A DNA stretch of 64,000 nt from the NCBI RefSeq assembly GCF_001194135.2, contig NC_068986.1, forward strand, positions 29,951,666 through 30,015,665. Direction: 5' to 3'. The DNA is from Octopus bimaculoides. Lineage: Eukaryota. The notes under the pieces were generated by a model. That model was not told the DNA's origin and did no database searches. It was given only the letters and a program-made list of their open reading frames with translations. The translations under genes were made by a program, and so were the position numbers. Each line of letters starts with the position of its first letter. Position 1 is the first letter of the stretch. Of the stretch, positions 24,311 through 35,565 are shown in pieces.

Positions 24311-25380
24311 ACGTGAGAGAGTTAGGGTTTGGGGGTTCAACCCACTAAGGGATAGTATCTATCCAGTATACTGCTGGGAGGGTACCCAGTTATTGCTACA
24401 CTAGTGTTATACTAGGTGCAATCAATGGGAGCAGGTAAAAGTAGATGTTTTACCCAAAATTTGTATAACAATTAGAAAATGGAGGATAATATGCTGAACC
24501 CAACTACTTGCAGACGGTGTATCCCGTTGAATTCATTAATATAATTCATAGCAAAAGTGACAAAAAAAGAAAGAAAAAGAAAGAAAGAACCAAAGCACAG
24601 GTGTCTATGGCAGACTATGTTATTTTGCCAACCTGGTTTACATATAGAAGTACAAAGTACATAAGGAACTAGAGGATGAAAAGAAGTTTAATCTTACAGC
24701 TGAGAGTAAGGGGACATCCAAGTAAGGCTGTGCACACAAACCCACACATATATATATGCATTGGAGTGTCTATAGCTACCTATCTATAATGTTTGTAGGC
24801 TCTTTGAGTGCCTTGTATTTTTAAGGGTTTTTTTACATATATCTTTTTTATATTTTTGCATGTCCCACATGCTATACCTTCATTTTTCATTTATGTATTC
24901 TTTATTATTATTATTTTTTTTTTCCCCTGCTGTACCCTTATTTTTATTTTTATTTTATTTTTTATTTTTATTTCTATCTTATTTTTGCTGTTGTTTTTCT
25001 CTACCACACCTCTGTTTTTAGCTCTTGCTCTACATTTGTATGAAATCCTTTGTGTATCTCTGAAGAGGCCTAGCGGTCCGGGCATATAACCCCATTTCAA
25101 AATGTCATCTGATAATCACTCCGGAAAGGAATATTCAGATAGAATGGGGCTTGCTAAAACTAGGCCGAAACAGCTGTAAGATTAAACTTCTGTTCATCCT
25201 CTAATTCCTTATGTACTTTGTACTTCTATATGTAAACCATGTTGGCAAAATAACATAGTCTGCCATAGACACCTGTGCTTGGGTTCTTTCTTTCTTTTTC
25301 TTTCATTTTTTGTCACTTTTGCTATGAATTATATTAATGAATTCAACGGGATACACCGTCTGCAAGTAGTTGGGTTCAGC
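24311..25380 (+). mobile_element. Penelope-like (PLE-type) non-coding element with inverted arms, lying between (TA)n tracts
   Basis: 210-bp inverted arms 24493-24702 and 25171-25380 (right arm runs into a gap); HHR at 25056-25182; no RT or GIY-YIG ORF visible. Confidence 0.6.
25056..25182 (+). ncRNA. Type-I hammerhead ribozyme with intact core and extended stem II
   Basis: Stem I ATCT/AGAT, CTGAAGA 25060-25066, stem II GGCCTAG/CTAGGCC, GAAA 25167-25170, palindromic CAGCTG, GTA cleavage triplet ending at 25178. Confidence 0.75.
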
Positions 25381-26248
25381 NNNNNNNNNNNNNNNNNNNN
25401 NNNNNNNNNNNNNNNNNNNNNNNNNNNNNNNNNNNNNNNNNNNNNNNNNNNNNNNNNNNNNNNNNNNNNNNNNNNNNNNNNNNNNNNNNNNNNNNNNNNN
25501 NNNNNNNNTATATATATATATATATGCATATATATATAAACATATGTAGATGCATATGTGTGTATATATATGTGTGTATTTATATATTTGTGTATGTCTG
25601 TATGTATATATGTTTGGATATGTGTATTCATATACGTGTGTATGTATGCACATGGATATATGCATATATGTGTGTATATATGTATGTGCATCTATGTGAG
25701 TGCATATGTCTATGCATAAATATATATGCATATACATATATATATATATATACATACATACATACATACATACATGCATACATACATACACATATTTAAG
25801 GATATATATATATCCTTAAATGTTGATAAAAGAAGTTAAATATTATACTTTTTAAGTTTTCTTGGATTAATATCCAGGGCATCTTATACAGATAACAACT
25901 AATGGAATATGATGTACATACTAACATTATGTAAAAAAAAAAAAAGAAAAGTAAAGCTTAAATCTGTTGCTATAGTGATGGAAATCATCTTATAAGGCTC
26001 TATTTTTAGCAGTAATATAGCCAATTTCTGCGTTCTTTTTTTCTGGTTTAATTTCTTTTTTTTTCTTTTTCCTATTCTTTATTCTGCCTCCTGCAGCCTA
26101 TTACTTCCTTCTCCTCCTTCTTTTCTTCCTTTGCTTTCTTCTTTTTCATTCTGCCTAAAAAAGGTTATTATAGCTTTTGTCTTTCTTCTCATTTCTTCTT
26201 AGTTTATGTCTTTGTCACTCTCTCACTCTCTCTGACTCTCTTCAGTAT

Positions 26249-26282
<34 letters not shown>

Positions 26283-26562
26283 CTGTGTGAGTGTGTCAGA
26301 TGATTATTCTCCCCTCCTCTTTCTAACACTCTTGTCTACTTCTTTTTCTTCTTTTACTCCTTCTTTCTCCCTCCCCCCACTCCCTAATTATATTTACTCT
26401 GCATTGAAAATCAATATGATATCATACAAAATCAGATGCAGCCATCCCACCACCTTCCTTTCTCTCTCTCCTTCTCCCTCTATCTTTTCCAGATAATGTC
26501 TTATCCATAGACATTACAGCTCCTCAAACCAACATACATTACATAAGGGACCTTTCCTTCAT

Positions 26563-26605
26563 TATCTATCTATCTATCTATCAACCAATCTATCTATCTA
26601 TCTAG

Positions 26606-26639
<34 letters not shown>

Positions 26640-26662
26640 CTTTCTATCTATCTATCTATCTA

Positions 26663-26717
<55 letters not shown>

Positions 26718-26718
26718 T
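26563..26718. repeat. (TCTA)n tetranucleotide microsatellite
   Basis: Direct reading. Confidence 0.95.
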
Positions 26719-27151
26719 TATTACCTTCTTTCTTACCACCTCTCTCTCTCTCTCTTTCCCTGCTGCTTTTGTCTTGCTTATCCAATCTCTTATACTCTTT
26801 CTTTTTCTCTGTCAGCCATCCGTCCCACTCTTAATCTTTCTTTAACCAAATTTACCTTGCTTCTCTTTGTCGGAGTGAAGGTTTTTTTTTTTTCTTGCAA
26901 CTGCTTATGTTGCTAGTCATTAGCTTTGTTGCTGCAACTAATCAGTGCAGATTGTTGCTATTGTTGTTGCAATAGCTATTACTGCTGTTGCGGCTATTAT
27001 TGCCTTTATTTTTCCTTTTTGTTGTTGTTTGGCTCCTGGTCAGCCATGATCAAGCAGACCTGTTACTGAAAGTATTCTGGCTGTGACCACCCCACATGCA
27101 TGCACAGGCACGCACATGCACGCACATGCATGCATACACATTTACACACAT

Positions 27152-27194
<43 letters not shown>

Positions 27195-27260
27195 CACAAA
27201 ACACATATCAATAAGGTAGATATTTCACAGAGTACACCATAATTAGTCTAAGAAAGATAT

Positions 27261-27862
27261 TTTTCTGTAAAGGTGTTCAAGAAATATTCATAAAATTATG
27301 AACCATTTGGGGGGACTGCAANNNNNNNNNNNNNNNNNNNNNNNNNNNNNNNNNNNNNNNNNNNNNNNNNNNNNNNNNNNNNNNNNNNNNNNNNNNNNNN
27401 NNNNNNNNNNNNNNNNNNNNNNNNNNNNNNNNNNNNNNNNNNNNNNNNNNNNNNNNNNNNNNNNNNNNNNNNNNNNNNNNNNNNNNNNNNNNNNNNNNNN
27501 NNNNNNNNNNNNNNNNNNNNNNNNNNNNNNNNNNNNNNNNNNNNNNNNNNNNNNNNNNNNNNNNNNNNNNNNNNNNNNNNNNNNNNNNNNNNNNNNNNNN
27601 NNNNNNNNNNNNNNNNNNNNNNNNNNNNNNNNNNNNNNNNNNNNNNNNNNNNNNNNNNNNNNNNNNNNNNNNNNNNNNNNNNNNNNNNNNNNNNNNNNNN
27701 NNNNNNNNNNNNNNNNNNNNNNNNNNNNNNNNNNNNNNNNNNNNNNNNNNNNNNNNNNNNNNNNNNNNNNNNNNNNNGTTGTTTCCCTCTATAGACTTGT
27801 GTTGCAGTCCCCACAAATGGTTCATAATTTTATGAATATTTCTTGAACACCTTTACAGAAAA
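27261..27862. mobile_element. Long-TIR (fold-back or MITE-like) element spanning a gap
   Basis: 61-bp inverted arms 27261-27321 and 27802-27862 with one mismatch. Confidence 0.55.
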
Positions 27863-27949
27863 GCTGTAAGTGAAGATGACCAATTTGCAATTAATAATAA
27901 ACAATTATTAACTTCACAATTTCCATTTTCTTCTTCTTTTAAATGAATA

Positions 27950-28212
27950 TAAACTATGTGTGTGTGTGTGTGTGTGTGTGTGTATCTAAATATATATCTA
28001 TAATATATATGTGTGTGTGTGTGTGTGTGTATGTGTGGCTTGACAACCAGTGTTGGCTTGTTTATATCTTCATAACTTAGTTTTTGGATAAAGAGGCCAA
28101 AAGAATAAGTATCACACTCAAAAAATAAATACATGCATCGATTTGTTTAACTAAGCCCTTCAAGGTGGTGCTCCAGCATGACTGCAGTCCAATGGTTGAA
28201 ACAAGTAATAGA
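27950..28212 (+). mobile_element. SINE family B, diverged 3' half
   Basis: gcttgacaaccagtgttgg...cataacttag...aaggtggtgctccagcatgactgcagtc...gaaacaagtaa. Confidence 0.8.
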
Positions 28213-28329
28213 GAGGTGACAGAGAATAGATATGAAAATATTTGAGAATTTTTCACAATAAGCACTTCAATATCAGTTGGTAATACATTGGTAATACAGT
28301 TGGTAATACATTGACAGCTGACTGGAGAT

Positions 28330-28830
28330 AGTTGTTCCCAATATGTACACTATGAAAAAGTCCATTCCAAATTTGGTTTATGATCGACCAAATATGTTCT
28401 TGCTTTTCCATTTTACATTATCAAAATTTGTGCTGTGGTTATCTCCACAAAAATCAATGAATTTTTACATCAATCTATGATTGTCAGTAACTGAAACTAA
28501 GGAATTTGTCAAGACCTTAGCCTTCTCACCAGGAATAATGTATATAGCCAAGAATTTAACTTCTACCTCCTATTTTTGGTGATTTATCTTTGGGACAAGT
28601 TTAATCATCCAGTCTCTGCAGTCTCTCTCTCTCTCTCTCTGTCACTCCATTTCTCATGGAAAACATGTTATATAATGCCAAATTTCAATAGTTATTGATG
28701 TGTGAACATGTCAGAGTTTAGGGAATTTCATTGTTTCTTTTAGCTCAAGAAGAATTCCTTGTTGCCAACTGATTTTCCTTGGAGGCATATGGTATTTACA
28801 ATGGCCATCTGCTCTTCTTTTTCATTGTAG
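28330..28830 (-). mobile_element. Decayed hAT-like transposase remnant
   Basis: Minus strand reads IKLVPK...VKFLAIYIIPGEKAKVLTNSLVSV...IDFCGDNHSTNFDNVKWKSKNIF, resembling the FCGDNxNTNF block I recall from hAT-like transposases; many stops. Confidence 0.5.
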
Positions 28831-29159
28831 GAACAATTCCAAATATTCTAGTTTTGTGCGTGAGTGAAACAAATAATTTTAGCTTCAAATCATGGTTGAA
28901 TTCCTGCTACAGGTGTCTCATAACATGCTAGAAAAACTAATTAACATCAATGCCTTGTGTGCCATCAGTCAAAACCATAAAAATAAATAAATAAATAAAT
29001 AAAATAAACCGGAGTTGAATTTCAAACTAGTCAGGATGCTGGAACAATCCCAATCAAACAGGCGTGTAAGGTAACCCTATATCTAAGTATATTATTCAAG
29101 GAGTTCCTCATTTTTAAGATGATCAGGTGTAATTAGAAGGAATTCAATGCTATTTCTAA

Positions 29160-29360
29160 CAGGTTAAGCAACCACAAAGAGGTTCGTTCATTGGTTTGTG
29201 TTGCTGTTTAGCTCCAACTCGTCCCGATTGAGCAAATTTATGATTAAAGGCAATCCAGCCTAACAATCCTGCCTTGGTATATGTTGGGAACTTCATTGTC
29301 CAATATGTTTGTGTATCAATAAGGTAGACTGTAATTTGGCTGCTATTTCTAGAAAATAGA
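29160..29360 (-). mobile_element. Family F fragment
   Basis: ttgttgctgtttagctcc...ttatgattaaaggcaatccagcc...ttggctgctatttctag. Confidence 0.6.
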
Positions 29361-29524
29361 GTGAATTTACAGAAATTTTTCAAGAGTTGGAGAAAATGCC
29401 TGTGGTATTTAACTGTAGTTCTTTATTCTAGGTTCAACTCTTGTCAAGGCCAGCTTTGCACATCGTCCTATTGAAGTATGACAAAATAAAGTACCACTCA
29501 AGTAATTACAAAGTAAAGTACATA

Positions 29525-29935
29525 AGCGCAGGAGTGGCTGTGTGGTAAGTAGCTTGCTTACCAACTACATGGTTCCGGGTTCAGTCCCACTGTGTGGCAC
29601 CTTGGGCAAGTGTCTTCTACTATAGCTTCGGGCCGACCAAAGCCTTGTGAGTGGATTTGGTAGACGGAAACTGAAAGAAGCCTGTCATGTATATGCATAT
29701 ATATATATATATGTATGTGTGTGTGTATATGTTTGTGTGTCTGCGTTTGTCCCCCCAACATCGCTTGACAACCAATGCTAGTGTTTACATCCCCGTAACT
29801 TAGCGGTTCGGCAAAAGAGACCGATAGAATAAGTACTAGGCTTCCAAAAGAATAAGTCCTGGGGGTCGATTTGTTTGACTAAAGGCGGTGCTCCAGCATG
29901 GCCGCAGTCAAAATGACTGAAACAAGTAAAAGAGT
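29525..29935 (+). mobile_element. SINE family B, full length
   Basis: tRNA-like head, CORE-like ggcaccttgggcaagtg motif, internal (TA)/(TG) tract, tail ggcggtgctccagcatggccgcagtc...gaaacaagtaaaagagta. Confidence 0.92.
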
Positions 29936-30380
29936 ACCACTCTAGTAGGTCAATTTCTATAATGCATCCTAAATGTGAATAGAATTAGAACAGAAGACTA
30001 GACTCCTGCATGTTGCTGAAATCATGTGCGCAGCTGTTACCATCATTGTTGCATATGCTATATATGCTTTACACACACACACATTTCCATTGTTATTGTT
30101 GTTACCAAATGTCCCAGACTATGTAAGCTCCTGGCAAGATATGTCCTCAATACAGTTCTTTTTCTATTATTCCTACTTAGAGTCATTTAACACTTATAGA
30201 AAAGCATAAATGTCTCAATTTTCTATTTATTTTTACCCCCCGCTACCCCTAAAGTCAACAATAGACACTCAATGAGGTTGCATAAGCTGCTAGAAATTGT
30301 AGTCCAGTCTCACTCGCATTCTACCATATTTAAAAAAGAAAAATAGGAAGGATATACTCTTACTCTCTCTCTCTCTCTCT

Positions 30381-30893
30381 CTCTTTTACTTGTTTCAGTC
30401 ATTTGACTGCGGCCATGCTGGAGCACCGCCTTTTAGTCGAGCCAGTCGATCCCAGGACTTATTCTTTGGAAGCCTAGTACTTATTCTATCGGTCTCTTTT
30501 GCCGAACCGCTAAGTTACGGGGGACGTAAACACACCACCATCGGTTGTCAAGTGATGCTNNNNNNNNNNNNNNNNNNNNNNNNNNNNNNNNNNNNNNNNN
30601 NNNNNNNNNNNNNNNNNNNNNNNNNNNNNNNNNNNNNNNNNNNNNNNNNNNNNNGGGGGGGGGGGGAAGCAAACACAGACACACAAACATATACACACAC
30701 ATACATATATACATATACATATATATATACAACGGGCTTCTTTCAGTTTCCGTCTACCGAATCCACTCACAAGGCTTTGGTCGGCCTGAGGCTATAGTAG
30801 AAAACACTTGCCCAAGGTGCCACGCAGTAGGACTGAACCTGGAACCATGTGGTTGGTAAGCAAGCTACTTACCACACAGCCACTCCTACGCCT
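30381..30893 (-). mobile_element. SINE family B, full length (contains an N-gap)
   Basis: Reverse-complement match to 29525-29935. Confidence 0.92.
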
Positions 30894-31029
30894 ATGTTGG
30901 AATTATGCAATCCTTGATTAACTGTATTTGAAAAACATGAGATTCTCATGGTCAGAATAACTTTGATCATAAACTTACTCTTGAGGGTTAAACAACAATA
31001 ATTACAAAAGCTTTGAAACTTGTGAATGA

Positions 31030-31218
31030 GCATCATCATCATACAAGCAATGTTGTTCATTTCCACTCTTCCATGAAAACCGTGTCTGGCCAAGGGGGAA
31101 GCATTACCTTGCTAGGAAACAAGGGTTGGCAACAGGAAGGGCATCCGGCCATAGAAAATCTGACTCGACAAATTCTGTCGGACTCATGCAAGCATAGAAA
31201 AGTGAACATTGAAATGAT
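31030..31218 (+). mobile_element. SINE 3' portion with A-like tail
   Basis: Similar to 9700-9960. Confidence 0.7.
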
Positions 31219-31456
31219 GGTCGGCCTGAGGCTATAGTAGAAGACATTTGTCCAAGGTGCCACACAGTGGGACTGAACCCGGACCATGTGGTTTGTAAGC
31301 AAGCTACTTACCACACAGCCACTCCTGTGCCTATGTACTTTACTTTGTAATTACATGTATTTATTTTTTGAGTGTGATACTTATTCTTTTGGCCTCTTTA
31401 GCTAAAAACTAAGTTATGAAGATATAAACAAGCCAACACTGGTTGTCAAGCCACAC
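31219..31456 (-). repeat. Inverted local duplicate of 29502-29637 joined to 28033-28135
   Basis: 31332-31354 is the exact reverse complement of unique flank 29502-29524; 31354-31456 matches 28033-28135 with 2 mismatches. Confidence 0.8.
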
Positions 31457-31460
31457 ACAC

Positions 31461-31615
31461 ATTCATCATCATCATCGTTTAACGTCCGCTTTCCATGCTA
31501 GCATGGGTTGGACGATTTGACTGAGGACTGGTGAAACCGGATGGCAACACCAGGCTCCAGTCTGATTTGGCAGAGTTTCTACAGCTGGATGCCCTTCCTA
31601 ACGCCAACCACTCAG
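31461..31615 (-). mobile_element. Family A, truncated
   Basis: (CAT)n followed by the A body. Confidence 0.9.
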
Positions 31616-31753
31616 AGATAGATATATATTTAGATACACACACACATAGTTTATATTCCTTGCTGGCCTTGTGCCAAAATTTGAAAAGGCAGCAAGATAG
31701 TAGAATTGTTTGCATGCTGGGTGAAATACTTAACAGAATTTCATCCGTCGATG

Positions 31754-32165
31754 AAGAGCGAGCTGGCAGAAACGTTAGCACGCTGGGCAAAATGCTTAGC
31801 GATATTTTGTCTGTTTTTACGTTCTGAGTTCAAATTCTGCCGAGGTTGACTGTGCCTTTCATACTTTTGGGGGGGTCAATAAATTAAGTACCAGTTACGC
31901 ACTGGGGTCGATGTAAGCGACTTAATCCCTTTGTCTGTCCTTGTTTGTCCCCTCTATGTTTAGTCCCTTGTGGGCAATAAAGGAATAAGAATTTCATCTG
32001 TCTTTATGCTCTGAATTCAAAGTCTGCTAAGGTCGACTTTGCCTTCCACCCTTTCAGGGTCAATAAAATAAGTACCAGTTGAGTACTGGGGTCAATGTAA
32101 TTGACACACTCCCCATCAAAAAAAAATTGCTGGCTTTGTGCCAAAATTTGAAACCAATATTATTG
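31754..32165 (+). mobile_element. SINE family D, full copy plus a tandem partial copy
   Basis: gagctggcagaaacgttagcac head, gagttcaaattc B-box, gcctttcat...ggggtcaataaattaagtaccagt central domain; homologous to 45128-45300 and 59222-59458. Confidence 0.88.
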
Positions 32166-32200
32166 TTGTTGTTTATATTGTTGCTATTGTCATTATTGTT

Positions 32201-32580
32201 GTGGAGGCGCAATGGCCCTGTGGTTAGAGCAGCGGACTTGCGGTTGTAGGATCGCGGTTTCAATTCCCAGACCGGGCGTTGTGAGTGTTTATTGAGCGAA
32301 AACACCTAAAGCTCCACGAGGCTCCGGCAGGGGATGGTGGCGAACCCTGCTGTACTCTTTCACCACAACTTTCTCTCACTCTTTCTTCCTGTTTCTGTTG
32401 TGCCTGTAATTCAAAGGGTCAGCCTTGTCACACTGTGTCATGCTGAATATCCCCGAGAACTACGTTAAAGGTACACGTGTCTGTTGAGTGCTCAGCCACT
32501 TGCACGTTAATTTCACGAGCAGGCTGTTCCGTTGATCGGATCAACTGGAACCCTCGACGTCATAACCGACGGAGTGCCAA
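32201..32580 (+). mobile_element. tRNA-derived SINE family C, full length
   Basis: Head ggcgcaatggccctgtggttagagcagcggact...ggtttcaattcc; body shared with four other copies. Confidence 0.92.
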
Positions 32581-32872
32581 GCATTATTGTTGGTATTGTC
32601 AATAATTCTGTTGTTATAGTTGTTGCCAATGTTGCTGATGTCATTGCTACTGATTTTGGTTCTGAGAGTATAACAGATTATCATGCAACTATTTTTACAA
32701 CTGCTATTTTTTTTCTTCACATTTGTTGATTTGTGACATATTTTTTTCATAGTTTTCCTATGTTTTTTATTTCTGTTTTCAATCAATAAAGTTCACATGT
32801 GCAGCATATTGATAAATTCAAGGTTGCATGTCTAGCCTCTGTTACCAGTTCTACTTATATGCATACATATTA

Positions 32873-32927
<55 letters not shown>

Positions 32928-32958
32928 TATATCTATACATCTATCCACTAGTCATCTA

Positions 32959-32991
<33 letters not shown>

Positions 32992-34212
32992 CTATCTACC
33001 TATCTATCTCTCTCTCTCTCTATATATATATATATACACACACACACATATATATGTGTGATGCACACACACATACATACATACATGCATACATACACAC
33101 AAGCATATTACATGTCATGAATGACATGATTTATTTTTAATTCTTTTCAATAATTCCAAATGTTTTGCTTCAAGTCTTGTACCAATTTCATGTATTCCAT
33201 TTTGTCTTTATTTCAGTTATTCTTTCTACTCCACCCTCTTTCTTCTTCATCTCTCATGGTCTCACACTTATGCATTTCTATTTCTTCTCTTTTTCTGCCT
33301 TTCAATGTATATGTATATATATTTCCTTTGCTTTTTTTTTCCCCAATCTAAATCAACCTGCACTTCTTCTCTTCATTTCCCACCACTTTTCCCACACACA
33401 CACAAGGGTGCACACACAGATAGACACATTCATGCACACAGGTGGCTTCCATTCAGTTTCCACCCACCAATTTCCTGTAAGCATGGCCATAATTGCAGCA
33501 GAGTGCATCAACATTTTCAATATTGTCTTCACTTGGTGAACTCTATGTAAATATAGAAAATTTGAATTCTGTGTAGTTTAGACTGAAATTTAAACATTGT
33601 TGTTGGAGATTTTATGGAATCTGAGAAATTTTGAATTTCTCTTATTTATTTTGAGGTGAAAATGGTTCTAGTTGTGTGTCTATAAATGCAACCAGCTGAG
33701 ACACACTATCCCAGAAAAATATATATTTTATATATACATATATATATCTTGAATTGTTTATTGACTCAATCTAATTGCTATAATGAGTTGTATCATATTG
33801 GTCTAAATTTAATTAATATAATTAATAGTGCAATGTAGTGTGATTGCTGCTTTAAGATGAATTCCTGTTGTAGATTTAGAAAGATAGAGTATATATTTAT
33901 ATATGTATATATATATATATGCATGTATATATATTTGTATATATATGTGTATATATAGACATATATATACAGAGAGAGAGAGGGGGAGAGAGAGAGAGAG
34001 AGGAGAGAGACAGAGATAGAGATAGAGAGAAAGGTACCATTTTCATATGGGTGGTGAAGTCAGATGTTGCTATTTGTATTTGCACACAGACATCCATGCA
34101 TATATATCTGTATATGCTTTATGTGCAATGTCAATGTGCAGTGCATATGTAATACAAAGTGAAAATGGGTTGAAAGAAAATTGAGTGTAGGAGGAATTAG
34201 ATGCAGTGCACC

Positions 34213-34525
34213 GCCTAGTACTTATTCTATCGATCGCTTTTGCTGAATTGCAAAGTTACGGAGATGTAAACACACCAGCATTGGTTGTCAAGCAATGTTG
34301 GTGGGGACAAAGACAGACATACAAACATATACACACACACACATACATATATATACATACATATATATGACGGGCTTCTTTCAGCTTCCGTCTACCAAAT
34401 CCACTCACAAGGCTTTGATCAGCCCGAGGCTATAGTAGAAGACACTTGCCCAAGGTGCCACACAGTGGGACTGAACCCAGAACCATGTGGTTAGGAAGCA
34501 GGCTTCTTACCACCCACAGCCCACC
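34213..34525 (-). mobile_element. SINE family B
   Basis: Reverse-complement match to the B body and head. Confidence 0.88.
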
Positions 34526-34748
34526 TATATATATATATATNNNNNNNNNNNNNNNNNNNNNNNNNNNNNNNNNNNNNNNNNNNNNNNNNNNNNNNNNNNN
34601 NNNNNNNNNNNNNNNNNNNNNNNNNNNNNNNNNNNNNNNNNNNNNNNNNNNNNNNNNNNNNNNNNNNNNNNNNNNNNNNNNNNNNNNNNNNNNNNNNNNN
34701 NNNNNNNNNNNNNNNNATATATATAAATGTATGTGTGTGTGTGTATGC

Positions 34749-34784
<36 letters not shown>

Positions 34785-35238
34785 CTATATGCATATAGAC
34801 ATAGGCATGGTTGTGTTTACACTTCTCAACTACATACTGTTTGGTTTACTTTCATAGTGCAGCACCTTAGGCAAATATCTTGTACCATTGTTTTGGGTTG
34901 GCCAGTAGCTTGTGATTGAAATTGATAGATGGAAATTGAAATGAACGTGGTGCATGTGTGTGTGTGTGTATGTGTGTGTGTGTGAAGGTTGTCATTTCTG
35001 TTTCTCAATTGAGATAGCTCGTTCAAAAGAGAGCAGTGCCATTATGTTTACATTCTTGGGGAACATTATGTTATACAGCTTTGTGCTCTTGAAAGAGTGG
35101 AATAAGAAATCCTTTACTTGTACTATTAATAAACATTGGTCACAGGAAAGGCATCTATCCATGAAAATACTGCCTCAAATGAATAACTCCCCAACCTATA
35201 CCCAACATATACATATATACAGATGCATATATGTATAC

Positions 35239-35295
<57 letters not shown>

Positions 35296-35348
35296 TGCAC
35301 ATGCATATACATATGTGTGAATTTATCTATGTGTGTATATATATATTA

Positions 35349-35565
35349 GCATGGCCATTGCCAGTACCGCCTGACTGGGCCTCGTGCCTGTGGCACGTAA
35401 AAGCACCTACTACACTCTTGGAGTGGTTGACAGTAGGAAGGGCATCCAGCTGTAGAAACTCTACCAGATCAGATTGGAGCCTGGTGCAGCCATCTGGTTT
35501 GCCAGTCCTCAGTCAAATCGTCCAACCCATGCTAGCATGGAAAGCAGATGTTAAACGATGATGAC
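35349..35565 (+). mobile_element. Family A element
   Basis: A body ending gttaaacgatgatgac. Confidence 0.9.

Noticed and set aside
32201-32280. tRNA gene
   Set aside because: tRNA-like A/B boxes are followed by the SINE C body with no complete acceptor stem. The same applies to the B, D, E and 10456 heads.
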